From an uncultured Acidimicrobiales bacterium (GTDB lineage: Bacteria; Actinomycetota; Acidimicrobiia; Acidimicrobiales; UBA10347): a stretch of DNA of 64,000 nt. The translations under genes and the position numbers were made by a program. Where the stretch lies: positions 1 through 64,000 of the forward strand of contig CALSSD010000008.1 in NCBI GenBank assembly GCA_943788915.1. The letters run 5' to 3'. Below the pieces are notes generated by a model. The model was not told the origin of the DNA. It saw nothing but the letters and a program-made list of their open reading frames with translations, and ran no database searches. Shown here one piece after another: positions 1-11,119 of the stretch. How positions within the stretch are numbered: position 1 is the first letter of the stretch; each line of letters begins with the position of its first letter.

Positions 1-973
1 CCTTGGACGACGATGACCAGGAACGTCAGCATCCGTTTGTCCATGCCGTCGGCGAATCGTCCGACGATCAGCCGGGCCACGATCGAGCCGAACGCAGTCG
101 TACTGAGCGCGAGCGCTGCGGCATTTCGTGACCCCAGGCGGTCCTCGAGGAAGGCGATCTGGTGCAGCAGGAAGCCGGTCTGTGCCAGCAACACGATCAC
201 GAAACCAATCGGCAAGCGCCCAGAACGATCGGGTCCGCATGGCCTGGCCTCGGGTCCACGACCGCAGCTGCACGTCGTCGCCTGAGCGCGTGCGTTCGTG
301 ATCGTTTCGTCGGGTGCGCCGGCATCGGCTTCGAGGCCCAACCGACGCGGGATCCCCAACGAGTACAAACAGCGACACCGGCAAGGCGACCACCAGCACG
401 ATGGCAGCCAGGATCGGCGCAGCCAGGTCAACCCCTCCCCGACCAACCAGCCAGGTACCGACGGGGGCCAGCACCATGCCGCCGAGACTGATACCGGTGA
501 AGGTGATGCTCATCGCCCACGCCCGGCGGGTCACGAACCATCGCGACATGAGCGCATTGATCGCAATGGCGCCCGAGAGGCCGAAAGCCACCGCCTGGCC
601 GGTGTAGGCCAGGTAAAGATGCCACGGTTCGGTGATCAGCATGAGCGACGCCACCGATCGCCGACATGAGCACGATGCCCGCGGTGATATACCGCAACGG
701 CCCGACCCGATCGACCGCTGGACCGATCACAAACCCGGATAGCCCGCCAACAATGAAGAACATGCCGGTGGCGCCCGACACGGTGGCGTTCGACCAACCG
801 TTTTCTTCCTGCAGCGGCCGCAGGAACACCGCCAAGCCGTAGTACCCAACGCCGATCGTGACGAACATCAAGACTGCGGCGCCAGCCACGATCCACCATG
901 CGTAGTGGACCCGCTCGGGAAGCAGCCGCATCGCTACCGGCCGTCGCTCATTCCAGATTACCGGTGCTGCCAT
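1..973 (-). CDS. MFS transporter (runs off the window's left end; apparent indels)
   Basis: N-terminus VHYAWWIVAGAAVLMFVTIGVGYYGLAVFLRPLQEENGWS...GPAVDRVGP is MFS-typical. After a frameshift near 655 it continues VASLMLITEPWHLYLAY...SRWFVTRRAWAMSITFTG. Leaderless TACGTT-N7-ATG start. Confidence 0.8.
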
Positions 974-1112
974 AACCGACAACGTAGACGCACCACGTAA
1001 TCCATCACGAAAGCAAATAAGGAGCCTGTTGTACGAAATATGTACATAGGGCTCCTAAGAAGCATCCGCTGTGGTTTCTAGACTGGTGTGCGCGATCGGT
1101 AGCGTCGAGGGC

Positions 1113-2321
1113 ATGGCTTACATTGAAGGACGACTCGTTCACGACGCTGATGCGCACATCATGGAGACATCGCAGTGGCTGTATGACTACGCCGATCCTG
1201 CGATTCGTGAGCTGATCGCACCCGCGGCCGATGCCAACGAGCTCCACTTACTCGGCACCAGCAGCACCGACGACGCAAACGTGGACGACGCACTGACGCA
1301 CGCGAGCGAACAACATGGCTCCGACGAATATCGGGCTGCCGAAGCGGCCGAGATCATGATGCGCAAGAACTTCGACGCCACCGGTTCATTCATCAAGGAA
1401 GACCGCCCTCGAGCAATCGACATGATCGGTGTTGCCAGCCAGCTGGTATTCAACACGTTCCAAAGCGGTCGGCTACACCGGTGGGAACACGGCGGCAATC
1501 TCGATCTGGCCTACGGCGCAGCTCGTGCCCACAACCGAGGCATGATCGACTTCTGCGACGTCGACGAGCGCATGTTGCCCACCTGTTACGTGCCACTCGC
1601 CGACTTCGATCGGGCCAAAGCCATGACCCAGGAATGTTTGGACATGGGCGCCGCCGCATTGCTCGTCGCCTCGGGTTGTCCTGCCGACCACTCCCCAAGC
1701 CATCACGGCCTGGATCCGGTGTGGGCACTGGCTGAAGAGGCTGGCGTGCCGATCGTCTTCCATGTCGGCGGCACCGGCGAGATCATCGATCCGGCGTACT
1801 TCAACAACGGCCTGCCGATCCCGCCCGACTTCCACGGCGGCGACGAGAACTTCCGATCCGTCGACTACATGGGTATCCCTCGAGCTCCACAACAAACACT
1901 GGCCACCATGATCTTCGATGGTGTCCTCGAACGATTCAGCGACCTCAAACTTGGCGTCATCGAACTGGGTGCCATCTGGCTACCGAGTTGGATGAAGCAG
2001 CTGGAGTCGGCCTTCGATGCGTTCAGCCGTCACGAGGAACGGCTCCAAAACCTGTCGATGCGCCCCAGCGAGTACGTGCAACGCCAGATCCGGGCTACGC
2101 CGTACCCGACCGAAGACGTTGGCTGGATCATCGACAACATTGGATCCGACATCTGCATGTTCTCGACCGACTACCCCCATGTCGAAGGTGGCCGACGCCC
2201 GGTCGAACGATTCGAACGCAGCCTGGGCGATGCGTCCGAAGCTATTCGACATCAGTTCTATGCCGCCAACTTCGAGAGCCTCATGGGCGCTGCTCTTCCG
2301 GCATCACTCGCTGCCGCATAA
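1113..2321 (+). CDS. Amidohydrolase family protein (amidohydro_2)
   Basis: DADAH metal motif, FHVGG, FSTDYPH; leaderless TAGCGT-N7-ATG. Confidence 0.88.
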   Translation: MAYIEGRLVHDADAHIMETSQWLYDYADPAIRELIAPAADANELHLLGTSSTDDANVDDALTHASEQHGSDEYRAAEAAEIMMRKNFDATGSFIKEDRPRAIDMIGVASQLVFNTFQSGRLHRWEHGGNLDLAYGAARAHNRGMIDFCDVDERMLPTCYVPLADFDRAKAMTQECLDMGAAALLVASGCPADHSPSHHGLDPVWALAEEAGVPIVFHVGGTGEIIDPAYFNNGLPIPPDFHGGDENFRSVDYMGIPRAPQQTLATMIFDGVLERFSDLKLGVIELGAIWLPSWMKQLESAFDAFSRHEERLQNLSMRPSEYVQRQIRATPYPTEDVGWIIDNIGSDICMFSTDYPHVEGGRRPVERFERSLGDASEAIRHQFYAANFESLMGAALPASLAAA

Positions 2322-2363
2322 CCGGGTCACCGACCAACTCGTCACTACGTACCTATCTGCCAG

Positions 2364-3986
2364 TTACCTATCGGCCAGGTCTTGGAGCGCGTGCGCCCTC
2401 AGTTCGATCTTGCGGATCTTGCCCGATGGTGTCATCGGCAGTTCGTCAACGAAAAGCACAGCCCGTGGAATCTTGTAGCTGGCGATACGACCCCGTAGTG
2501 GTTCGATCAGGCCGGCTTCAGTCACCGACTCGTCGGACGCATCCGCGCTTCTCACCACATACGCCACTGGCACCTCGCCCAGGCGCTCATCGGGGTAGGC
2601 CACGACCGCTACTTCGGCCACACCATCGACGTCGAGCAGGTAACCCTCGACCTCGGCTGGAGACATGTTCTCGCCACCGACCTTGAGCATGTCCTTGTAT
2701 CGCCCCATAAACACCACATGGCCGTCGGGTCGCATACATGCCATGTCGCCGGTGTCTAACCAGCCGTCGATAATCGCCTCGTCGGTTGCCTCGGGGTTCG
2801 CCCAATAACCAGCAGTCACCGTGAAGTTACGGATGAAAAACTGACCTGGCGAGCCGTCAGTAATGACCACGCCGGTTTCCGGGTCACGGATCTCGATCTC
2901 GACGCCGTCCATGGGATAACCCGAGGCTTCGGTGCGCTGTTCCAACGTGTGGCTCGGATGAGATACACAGATGAATGACCAACACTCACTCATACCGAAG
3001 CCGCTGATCGTTGGACAGATGTCCTGGCTGCGGCGAGCAATCGGCACCGTGGATTCCATGCCTGCAGGCAGGCTTCCAATACGCAGCGAACTCAGGTCAC
3101 GAGGTTGTGCTGCCTGGGCCGCCAACTGATCATTCCAGTGACTGTCGAAACCATGCAGGACGGTGCCGCCAAAAGTCTCGACCGCGTCGAGCGTGGCGCC
3201 GGCATCGAAGTTCTCGAACAGAACCTGACTTCCACCCGTGAGCGTTGCGGTCAAGGCGATCTCAGAGAGTGCATAGATATGGAATAGCGGCAGATAGTTC
3301 AGATGCACGTCGTTCTTCGTATGCCCAAGAACCAACGCCCGCTCCCGGATGTTCAGGATGGGTCGATGCGAGTGCATGACCCCCTTGGGCAGCCCAGTCG
3401 TGCCCGACGTGTAGGCCAACATCATCAGTTGGTCAGGGTCGACGGAAGCAGCCCGCTCGGCAAGGTCGGCATCGGTGATGTCTTCGCCCCTATCCAACAG
3501 CTGCTGCCACGGGGTGGTGCCGTCAAGTTGCTGTCCCATCAACACGATCGTGCGCAGATGTCCCGCGGCCTCGATCTCGGACCGGGCTTCGGCGAGCAAT
3601 GACCGATAGTCGATTGGCCCTGACTGGTCGATGGCAATCAGATGGGTGCACTCAGCGTTGATCACCGTGAATGACATGTCGTCGGAGCGGTAGCGAGTAT
3701 TCAACGGCACCAAACAGCCACCGACCTTGCCGACCGCGTACATCAGGTGCAACCACTCGGGCCGGTTCGTCATCCAAACACCAACGTGATCACCTGACGC
3801 GACGCCTAGCGCCAGCAGCCCCTTTGCCACCCGGTCGACGTTCTCCGCGAGCTCGCGATATGTCTCGGAGTGGACCGTGCCATCAGGCGCAACGAAGTGA
3901 ACCGCAGGAAGATTTCCCCATCGCCGGGCGGCTCGTGCCGGAAGGTCACCAAGTCGCAGGTCAGGCAGATGCGTAAACGTCGTCAC
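2364..3986 (-). CDS. AMP-binding acyl-CoA synthetase
   Basis: YTSGTTGLPKG, GFGMSE, TGD, GRYKDMLKVGGEN, TPSGK motifs. Confidence 0.92.
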   Translation of the reverse strand: MTTFTHLPDLRLGDLPARAARRWGNLPAVHFVAPDGTVHSETYRELAENVDRVAKGLLALGVASGDHVGVWMTNRPEWLHLMYAVGKVGGCLVPLNTRYRSDDMSFTVINAECTHLIAIDQSGPIDYRSLLAEARSEIEAAGHLRTIVLMGQQLDGTTPWQQLLDRGEDITDADLAERAASVDPDQLMMLAYTSGTTGLPKGVMHSHRPILNIRERALVLGHTKNDVHLNYLPLFHIYALSEIALTATLTGGSQVLFENFDAGATLDAVETFGGTVLHGFDSHWNDQLAAQAAQPRDLSSLRIGSLPAGMESTVPIARRSQDICPTISGFGMSECWSFICVSHPSHTLEQRTEASGYPMDGVEIEIRDPETGVVITDGSPGQFFIRNFTVTAGYWANPEATDEAIIDGWLDTGDMACMRPDGHVVFMGRYKDMLKVGGENMSPAEVEGYLLDVDGVAEVAVVAYPDERLGEVPVAYVVRSADASDESVTEAGLIEPLRGRIASYKIPRAVLFVDELPMTPSGKIRKIELRAHALQDLADR

Positions 3987-4061
3987 CAACCAAGCGTGGC
4001 GGCAAATCCCCCGTCGATGCAAACGCCAGCCGTGTTCGCCAAGTGGACGTGTCCGGTGCGT

Positions 4062-5168
4062 CTACAGATTTGCTGCCTGAGCCATACGTGTGAGCTGTCC
4101 AGATGCGAAAGCATCGAACTCGGCGTTTGGTTGCCGCAGAAACCATGTTTCACCAAACGGGTCTGGCGCGGTAATCGAACTTCCTGACATCGTTGCCAGC
4201 ACCTCGTGGCCACAGAACGGCACGTACACTTCGGAATAACCGCCCTCGTGGGCCATCACCAGACGACCATCGCAGACATCGGCGGCCAGGTTCATCACCT
4301 GGGTTGTCATCTCTCGATACGTGGCCTGGTGACACATCATCCGGCCCAGCGGGTCCATCGCTGCAGCATCGAAGCCGCAGGCAATGATGACGACGTCGGG
4401 CGCAAACGCCCGCACCGCGGGGATGGCAAGACGTTCCATGGCCTCGATATAGGTGTTGTGCCCTGACCCCGGGGGTAATGGAACGTTCAGGTTGAAACCG
4501 TGGCCCGCGCCCGTGCCCCGGTCCTCGGCTGCGCCTTGGTCCATTGGGTAATTACGGTCCTGATGAATGGACACGGTGAGCACATCGTCGCGGTCATAAA
4601 AGATCGCCTCGGTGCCGTTGCCGTGGTGCACATCCCAATCAATGACCGCGAACCGAGTGGCCGAACCTTCGGCCCGTGCGGTTTCGATCGCGATCGCGAT
4701 ATTGGCAAGCATGCAGAAACCGTTGGGATGGTCAGGCAGTGCATGATGACCAGGAGGCCGGGTCAGCGCATAGGCATTCTGGAGGTCAGCGTTCAGTACT
4801 GAGCGCAGGGCCTGCACCACCAGACCAGCGGATTGGGCCGCGATCTCGTAACCACCAGGACCGAACGGCGTTCGGTGTCCGAGCTCGCCACCACCGGCGT
4901 CGGAGAGTGTCTTGAACGTGTCGAGATAACTGTCCGGGTGGACCCGCAACAACTCGGCGCTGGTCGCTGCTGCAGCACCACTCATGTGTAGCTCTGTTGC
5001 CAGTCCGGTGACCTCGAGCAGATTCTTGAGCCGACGTTTGCTGTCCGGTGTCTCCGGCAGACCGCCAGCCACCATCGGCTGGACCAAACCGCCTACTGGC
5101 AAGATGTCGGCGTAATTACCAGCCGAGTGCCAAAACGTCGTTTCGTCCCAGAAGAATCCCGTGACCAT
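4062..5168 (-). CDS. Class II histone-deacetylase-like amidohydrolase
   Basis: RPPGHH, DWDVHHGNGT, GFDA..DPLG, HEGGY motifs. Confidence 0.92.
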   Translation of the reverse strand: MVTGFFWDETTFWHSAGNYADILPVGGLVQPMVAGGLPETPDSKRRLKNLLEVTGLATELHMSGAAAATSAELLRVHPDSYLDTFKTLSDAGGGELGHRTPFGPGGYEIAAQSAGLVVQALRSVLNADLQNAYALTRPPGHHALPDHPNGFCMLANIAIAIETARAEGSATRFAVIDWDVHHGNGTEAIFYDRDDVLTVSIHQDRNYPMDQGAAEDRGTGAGHGFNLNVPLPPGSGHNTYIEAMERLAIPAVRAFAPDVVIIACGFDAAAMDPLGRMMCHQATYREMTTQVMNLAADVCDGRLVMAHEGGYSEVYVPFCGHEVLATMSGSSITAPDPFGETWFLRQPNAEFDAFASGQLTRMAQAANL

Positions 5169-5273
5169 GTTTCGCTCCCATTCAGCCCGCTTCCAACCCT
5201 AGCTGCGCGGCTCTACCCTCGTTCGAACGCGTCGTACTTCCAGGGATCGGACAGTCTCGACTGTTTAGGATTG

Positions 5274-6188
5274 TTAGAGGTTCGGTTTCACGATGTCAGC
5301 GAACTCATCATGGGCCTCGAGGGCGCGCGACATCTGTTCCCACCGACCGATGAAGCCGTGTACTGCGCCGTCGAACCGGGTGACAGTTGCCGGGGTGCCA
5401 GCAGCGTTCATCCGAGCCGCCCATTCTTCGCCTTCGTCGCGCAGCGGGTCATATTCGGCAGTTTGTATGTGGGCAGGGGCCAGGCCGGTGAGATCGGTGG
5501 CCCGGGCCGGAACGGCATACGGATTGTCGCGGTGTTCGGCTGGCACGAATTGATCCCAGAACCACGCCATGTCGGCAGCTGACAGGAAGTAGCCGGCGGC
5601 GTTGTCGACCATCGACGGCCGGGTCTGGTGGTCGTCGAGGCATGGGTAGATAAGTAGTTGATAGTTCAGCGGCAGGCCTTCGTCGCGGGCCCGCAGCGCA
5701 ACGCCAGCAGCCAGGTTCGCGCCCGCACTGTCGCCTGCGATCGATAAGCGGCCAGGGTCACCACCCAACGAAGCAGCGTTTTCGGCGAGCCATGCCGTGG
5801 CTGCCCAACAGTCATCGTGGGGCGCCGGGAAGGGATGCTCTGGTGCGAGCCGATACTCCACCGACACCACCAGGGCTCCAGTTCGGGCGGCCAGCCGTCG
5901 GGCCAAAGAGTCGTGACCATCGATGCTCGACAGGACCCACCCTCCACCATGGAAGAAGGCGATCGTGGGTAGATCGGTGTCCATCGAGTCGGCATAGATA
6001 CGGATCGACAGGTCACCGGCTGGTCCCGGGATTACTCGGTCCTCGACCCGGGCGAGTGCGTCGCCAGTTGGTTTGGGTGCCCGGGAATAGTTGGCTCGGG
6101 CCTGCTCGGGTGTGCCCTCGCTTAGGGCAGGGATTCCGGCGGCTTTGGCTGCAGCGAGCATTTTGGCGATATCGGCGTCGACAGGCAT
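5274..6188 (-). CDS. Alpha/beta hydrolase, HSL-family esterase
   Basis: HGGGW, YRLAPEH, GDSAG, DPLRDEG, HGF. Confidence 0.92.
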   Translation of the reverse strand: MPVDADIAKMLAAAKAAGIPALSEGTPEQARANYSRAPKPTGDALARVEDRVIPGPAGDLSIRIYADSMDTDLPTIAFFHGGGWVLSSIDGHDSLARRLAARTGALVVSVEYRLAPEHPFPAPHDDCWAATAWLAENAASLGGDPGRLSIAGDSAGANLAAGVALRARDEGLPLNYQLLIYPCLDDHQTRPSMVDNAAGYFLSAADMAWFWDQFVPAEHRDNPYAVPARATDLTGLAPAHIQTAEYDPLRDEGEEWAARMNAAGTPATVTRFDGAVHGFIGRWEQMSRALEAHDEFADIVKPNL

Positions 6189-6225
6189 ACCTGAGTCTTA
6201 CCCATCGACACTCCCCGCCGAAAAA

Positions 6226-7662
6226 CTACCGCCCCTGGTTTGCCAGCCAGCTGCGATGTTTGATGGCGGCTTTGCGGGCCTCTTTGGCCAACGATTTGTC
6301 GGTCACGATCTTCCCCGCTGTGTCGAGTACCCACGCGACCTCGGCTTGGTCATGGCGCCAGAGTTCTTCGATGAAGTCGCCATCGATCATCTGAGCGGCG
6401 TTCTGGAACACCTGATCAAACATCTCGGTGTCGCCACCAAACACGCTCAGCATGTCGACAACCGGCGTCAGGTTGATGAACGCGCCCACGTCCTCGCTGG
6501 TAGCCAGGTCATGATCCAACAGATAGTCGGCGGCATACGAACCAGCCGGCGAATCGAGCAGCTGACGCACGATCGGGGCGACCATCGCCGGGTCGTCGGC
6601 CGCGTTAAAAACCTTGAAGCCAACCAGCCGTTCTGGTGCATCACCGTGGATCACACAGCCAGCGACCAGTTCGAGCCGGTTGGCCAAGTCCAGATCGGTC
6701 CGCCACCGCGCGAGCACCTCGGCACCACTGAGCCCGGACGCCAACGCGACGCGCACCATCTGCTGTGCCGAGGCGTCTTCGATGCTTTCGATCTCGTCGA
6801 ACGTGTATCCCGCCTGGCGGACAATATCGGGGAACACATGGCGACCAAGGGGCGTGAGTTCGATCTCGCCGCCACTGCTGTACTCGATGCCGCTCCCCGC
6901 CTGCGTCGATCGGTCACGGCCGTGCCATATCACCAGGCCGAAGCGCTCCAAGCCTTCGAACAACTCCCCCACTGCCGCCACTACGGTCGTATCGAAGAAG
7001 TCGACGCCGATGTGGGCACGTTGATCAGGTTGCTGCATCGCAACCACCTCGAGGGCCTGTGTCGTGACATCCTCGACTGGCAAAACCGTGCCCTCGACCA
7101 GCATCAGGCTAACCCAATGGGGTACGCCGTCGTCGAGTAACTCCCGCTGCTCGTCCAGCCATGGCGGGGCAACTTCGGTGGAGGACAAGAACCCGCCGTG
7201 CAACACCAGCTGAGCGAGTTGAGTCGCCTTGTCGGTTGCGTCGAGGTCGAACCAGGCGAGATCGGATCGGATCTGTGTCTGCAGACGTTCCACCGCCCCG
7301 CTAGAGCTGGCGAGGTCATCGATCAGCGTGAGCCATCGGAAGTCGAGGCTGGAAGTCACACGCTCGTCGATGTCGCCGGTCGCAAGTTTGGCGACGAGTT
7401 CACGGGCATCAGCAAGCTTGATATTGCCCTCGATGGTCAGCGCAATGCCGTGTTTCGCCGCGTGCGCAGCGAACCCGTCGACCATACGCACGACATCGCT
7501 GGCTGTCGCGCTGGTTTCGACCTCGGCCGGTTGCGACGGCACGAAGACGAACGGCAGCGGGATCTGCGGCTCTGGCTCTGAATTGGGCATCAGGGGGATG
7601 TCGAGCAGCGACTTTCCCACTCCGAACTTGGCGTCGTCGCTGGCAGCGAAGTCGAAATCCAT
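6226..7662 (-). CDS. Hypothetical protein (478 aa, helical)
   Basis: Long ORF with coding-like composition; GNIKLADAREL..TGD and C-terminal KSLAKEARKA resemble conserved actinobacterial hypotheticals. Confidence 0.7.
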   Translation of the reverse strand: MDFDFAASDDAKFGVGKSLLDIPLMPNSEPEPQIPLPFVFVPSQPAEVETSATASDVVRMVDGFAAHAAKHGIALTIEGNIKLADARELVAKLATGDIDERVTSSLDFRWLTLIDDLASSSGAVERLQTQIRSDLAWFDLDATDKATQLAQLVLHGGFLSSTEVAPPWLDEQRELLDDGVPHWVSLMLVEGTVLPVEDVTTQALEVVAMQQPDQRAHIGVDFFDTTVVAAVGELFEGLERFGLVIWHGRDRSTQAGSGIEYSSGGEIELTPLGRHVFPDIVRQAGYTFDEIESIEDASAQQMVRVALASGLSGAEVLARWRTDLDLANRLELVAGCVIHGDAPERLVGFKVFNAADDPAMVAPIVRQLLDSPAGSYAADYLLDHDLATSEDVGAFINLTPVVDMLSVFGGDTEMFDQVFQNAAQMIDGDFIEELWRHDQAEVAWVLDTAGKIVTDKSLAKEARKAAIKHRSWLANQGR

Positions 7663-7717
7663 ACCGCCATCGTGCCAGATACCTCAGCTGTTCGGCACCG
7701 CAGCAGGAGTCATTACT

Positions 7718-8581
7718 TCAGCTCGCAGCGATGACGAAGCGTGTCCCGAATGCGGTGACCTCTGGGCCGAACGGGCCGTTCAGATCTGCGGCCAGTCCGC
7801 GGGTGGCAAGCAGCTGAGTGGAGTGCGCAGGGGCGTCGGCGCTGAGCACCAATGCAGCCATGCCCTGACCCTTCTCCCGCAGGTGGGCCGCGACCGCCGC
7901 CCCGAACGGGCGGCTTTCGTCGAGCGGCGACACCATCTCGATCACGGCACCCCAGGGAGCGGTTGCATGGGCCACGAGCACACCTCGCTCAGCATCTGGC
8001 TCGGCGTGGGTTACGTCGAGGCCAAGGCCGTGGCCGTATGCCTTGGCTGCCACCGAAGCATCGTCGGTGGCCACGATCACCCGCATGATTCCTGACAGGC
8101 GAGGCGCCTCGACAGCTGGATCGTCGGGCTGAGCGACGGACCCTGTCGGGTAAACCCGCATCAGCACGCCGTGGGTCGAGTTCGGATGCACATCACGACC
8201 GGTTGCAGCTGGCATCAGTGGCAAGACGTTCATCCCCCGCATCGCCAGCTCTTGGGCCTCGGCGTTCGGGTCAGCTGCCTCGAGCATGAGCGCATACAGC
8301 CCAGTCCCCCGGCGGTCGAGGAAACGGTTCAACGCGATGCTGAGCGGCGCGTCAGGATCACTCGGCGCCATCAGCTCGACATTGCTTCCCCCCGGTGGCT
8401 GGCACATGCCCACGTGGGCACCGAGTTCAGGCACCGTTCGAGCAGACATGTCGTTTACGTACATGCCAAAGACGGAGTGGAAGGTGTCAACCGCAACCAA
8501 ATACTCGGCCGCAGTCATGGCGATGGCGATTCGAGGGAGCCCAGTGATCATGCTCAAGCCTTGCCGCTGCGGGGTCGTCAA
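7718..8581 (-). CDS. VOC/glyoxalase family protein (methylmalonyl-CoA epimerase-like, two VOC domains)
   Basis: Repeated units VELMAP..FLDRRGTGLY and IEMVSP..HLREKGQG; HPNSTHGVL. Confidence 0.7.
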   Translation of the reverse strand: MTTPQRQGLSMITGLPRIAIAMTAAEYLVAVDTFHSVFGMYVNDMSARTVPELGAHVGMCQPPGGSNVELMAPSDPDAPLSIALNRFLDRRGTGLYALMLEAADPNAEAQELAMRGMNVLPLMPAATGRDVHPNSTHGVLMRVYPTGSVAQPDDPAVEAPRLSGIMRVIVATDDASVAAKAYGHGLGLDVTHAEPDAERGVLVAHATAPWGAVIEMVSPLDESRPFGAAVAAHLREKGQGMAALVLSADAPAHSTQLLATRGLAADLNGPFGPEVTAFGTRFVIAAS

Positions 8582-8608
8582 TGCAATCGCGAGCGCTGTG
8601 TCTCGCGT

Positions 8609-9451
8609 TTAGGTGATCAGAACCACCGGGTCACCGACCTGCACCATGCCAGCAACGGACGTGGTTGCGAACGCTCCCAGGTCGGCGTTGTGTTCGCGCA
8701 CGATCGTCTTGAGCACCCGCAGGTCCCGGGTGACGTCGGCCTGGGCGACCGTGGTCATCACGCACCGCAGCGTCGGCCAGATGTGATCGATCTCAACCGC
8801 TCCAATCCGCAGCCGGTGCCCCATCCACGCGTCCTCGGCAAAACCGGTCACGTCGTTGTCGGTACGGATGAAGATGTTTGGACGGAAGCGTCGGACGTTG
8901 GTGTCTGCATCGTCGCCGATCAGCGAACCCAAATGGTCGAGTGTTCCTGTTGTCAACAGGTGCAGGTGCGCGGAATCGAAGAACGTGCCGGTCGCCAATC
9001 CGTACCGGTCGGCACCGGCAGGAAGCTGGCGGGGTTTGCCCTCAAGAACCTCGGCGGCTGGCATCCCGGCAAAGATCGTGTCGGCATCGAGCTCACCGAA
9101 GACCTCGGCGCTCGATCCTGCCCGCTCGACAATCACCTCTCGCCCGAGCCGTTCAGACACCTGCGCCGATGCAGTGTCGTCGGTCGCACGAAAGGTCTCG
9201 CCGTCGGGTGTGGTGATCAGCGGGCCGGAGTCACCTGGATCAGCGTCGTGGCCGAACGATGCGGACCATCCCAGGAGTTCTCGGGTCCGTTTCGCGGTTA
9301 GCACCCGGCCTTCTGGTTCACGCACCCCGAACGCCCGATCGCCGACAACACCCGTAGGACCAACCCGCGCTGCCTTCAACTGCTCACCCTGCATCGACTT
9401 GACCGGATACCGGAACAGTGCCTCGACATGGCCGACCAACAACTCGCTCAT
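8609..9451 (-). CDS. MOSC domain protein
   Basis: LFRYPVKSMQGE, GDR, RRFRPNI, RCVMTT. Confidence 0.9.
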   Translation of the reverse strand: MSELLVGHVEALFRYPVKSMQGEQLKAARVGPTGVVGDRAFGVREPEGRVLTAKRTRELLGWSASFGHDADPGDSGPLITTPDGETFRATDDTASAQVSERLGREVIVERAGSSAEVFGELDADTIFAGMPAAEVLEGKPRQLPAGADRYGLATGTFFDSAHLHLLTTGTLDHLGSLIGDDADTNVRRFRPNIFIRTDNDVTGFAEDAWMGHRLRIGAVEIDHIWPTLRCVMTTVAQADVTRDLRVLKTIVREHNADLGAFATTSVAGMVQVGDPVVLIT

Positions 9452-10264
9452 CAGACCTGGCCGATGTTGTCGAAGTCACCGGAACGCCCGGCGCCACCAG
9501 CGAAACGGCGGGCACCCGAAATACCTTCGGCAGCGACGGCTCCCTTGCTCGCAACAAATTCGTGCTCGAGCGCTGCACCGAGCTCCATGCCATAGGAGTT
9601 CTTCGCCGAGGCAACGTCGGCCCGCATGCACATTTGGGGGAAAGCGGGAGATCTCGTGTGCGAGCTCCTCGGCCTTGACCCGTGCGTGGCCTTCGGGCAC
9701 AACGTATTCGCACAACCCGATACGTTCGCATTCGTCGGCCATGACTTGGCGGCCAGTCATGATCAGGTCGAGCGCTCGCCCTTCGCCGACCAAACGGGGA
9801 AGCCGGACCGTGCCGCCGTCGATCAGCGGGATACCCCACCGTCGGCAGTACACACCCATATAAGCGGTCTCTTCCATCACCCGGATGTCGGCCCACATAG
9901 CCAGCTCCATGCCGCCCGCCACAGCAGGCCCAGCCACGGCGGCGATGACTGGTTTAGATAACTGCATACGGCTCGGCCCCATAGGAGCGCGTGAGTGGCC
10001 GCCCTCGGTTGTGCGATCGAAGCGCAACGTGCTGACGCCGTCGTCGTCATCGGACAACGCGGCCGCGTTCTTGAGATCCCAGCCGGCACAGAACGCCCCA
10101 CCCTCGCCCCAGAACACTGCGACCGAGGCATCGTCGTCGGTGTCGAATGCCGCGAACGCTTCGAACAGCTCACGAGCACTCGTGGGGTCCATTGCATTGC
10201 GCGCTTCGTAGCGCGAATGGATGACCGTCCAGACCGGTCCATCCTTTTCAATACGCACGGCCAT
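9451..10264 (-). CDS. Enoyl-CoA hydratase/crotonase (apparent frameshift near 9635)
   Basis: FCAGWDL, KPVIAAVAGPAVAGGMEL, GIPLIDGGTVRLPRL. The C-terminus (FPQMCMRAD...GARRFAGGAGRSG) is in another frame and ends in a TGATG overlap with the MOSC gene. Confidence 0.88.
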
Positions 10265-10364
10265 GGTTGTTCCCCCTTGTTGGCGGCACACTGCCAGCCA
10301 CTGTTCGCATTCTCGCGCGTCAGAAGCTCGGCTGACCAAGGCGCAGTGTTTACAGGCACGGGCC

Positions 10365-10910
10365 TCAGTTGGTGGCTGGTGTGCGGCGGCCGAACATGCC
10401 CCGTCCCTCCATCCGGAAGACGACGACATCGTCCTGATTCACGAGTTGGGACACAAAAAAGACGGTGCCCCGCTTCGGATTACTTCCCGACGGTTGGGAA
10501 CGGACGATCTCCACCGTGCCACGCACAACATCGCCGGGGCGGACCGGTGCCAACCACCGCAAGTTCTCGACCCCGGGGGAACCGAGCGACGCGGTGTAGT
10601 TCAGGAAATTACGCGCGTACAGGCCCATGTACACCGAACCGGTGTGCCAACCCGAGGCGATCAGGCCCCCGAATTGGCTCTGTTCTGCTGCCTGAGGATC
10701 GACGTGAAACGGCTGGGGATCAAAACGTCCGGCGAATTCCAAGATCTCCTGTTCGGTGAATGTGTACTCCCCCAGGCCGAAGGTCGACGGTTGCAGGTCC
10801 TCCCAGTAGAGGTAGTCACCGTGGCCGATCCGGACGAGGTCACCGTTGCTGGCAGCGTGGCTGGCACCGCTGGTGTCGGTGTTGTTGTCGCCAGTGTTGT
10901 TATCGCTCAT
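10365..10910 (-). CDS. MaoC family dehydratase
   Basis: FDPQPFHVD, FGGLIASGWHT, LRWLAPVRPGD. Confidence 0.9.
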   Translation of the reverse strand: MSDNNTGDNNTDTSGASHAASNGDLVRIGHGDYLYWEDLQPSTFGLGEYTFTEQEILEFAGRFDPQPFHVDPQAAEQSQFGGLIASGWHTGSVYMGLYARNFLNYTASLGSPGVENLRWLAPVRPGDVVRGTVEIVRSQPSGSNPKRGTVFFVSQLVNQDDVVVFRMEGRGMFGRRTPATN

Positions 10911-11119
10911 GGCCTACATGGTCGCGCAGTACTCGGCCCAGACAAACAGTCGGTCCAGACAAACAACTGTGGAGCCCGAAGTGGGGCCTGGTCGATCAGG
11001 TGCCACTCCGCTTGCGGCTCAGCTGCGTCGTACGGCGATCACGATCGTGTTCGACGTGGCCCGGTCGGACCGTCGGTATGAGCCATCGACGACACCCGGC
11101 TTCTCGATAGGTTCATCGG

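Noticed and set aside
11038..11054. Possible SOS boxes near uvrD (and GAACATGTTC at 23134, CGAACACGTTTG at 36093)
   Set aside because: Wrong spacing or a poor half-site compared with TCGAAC-N4-GTTCGA.
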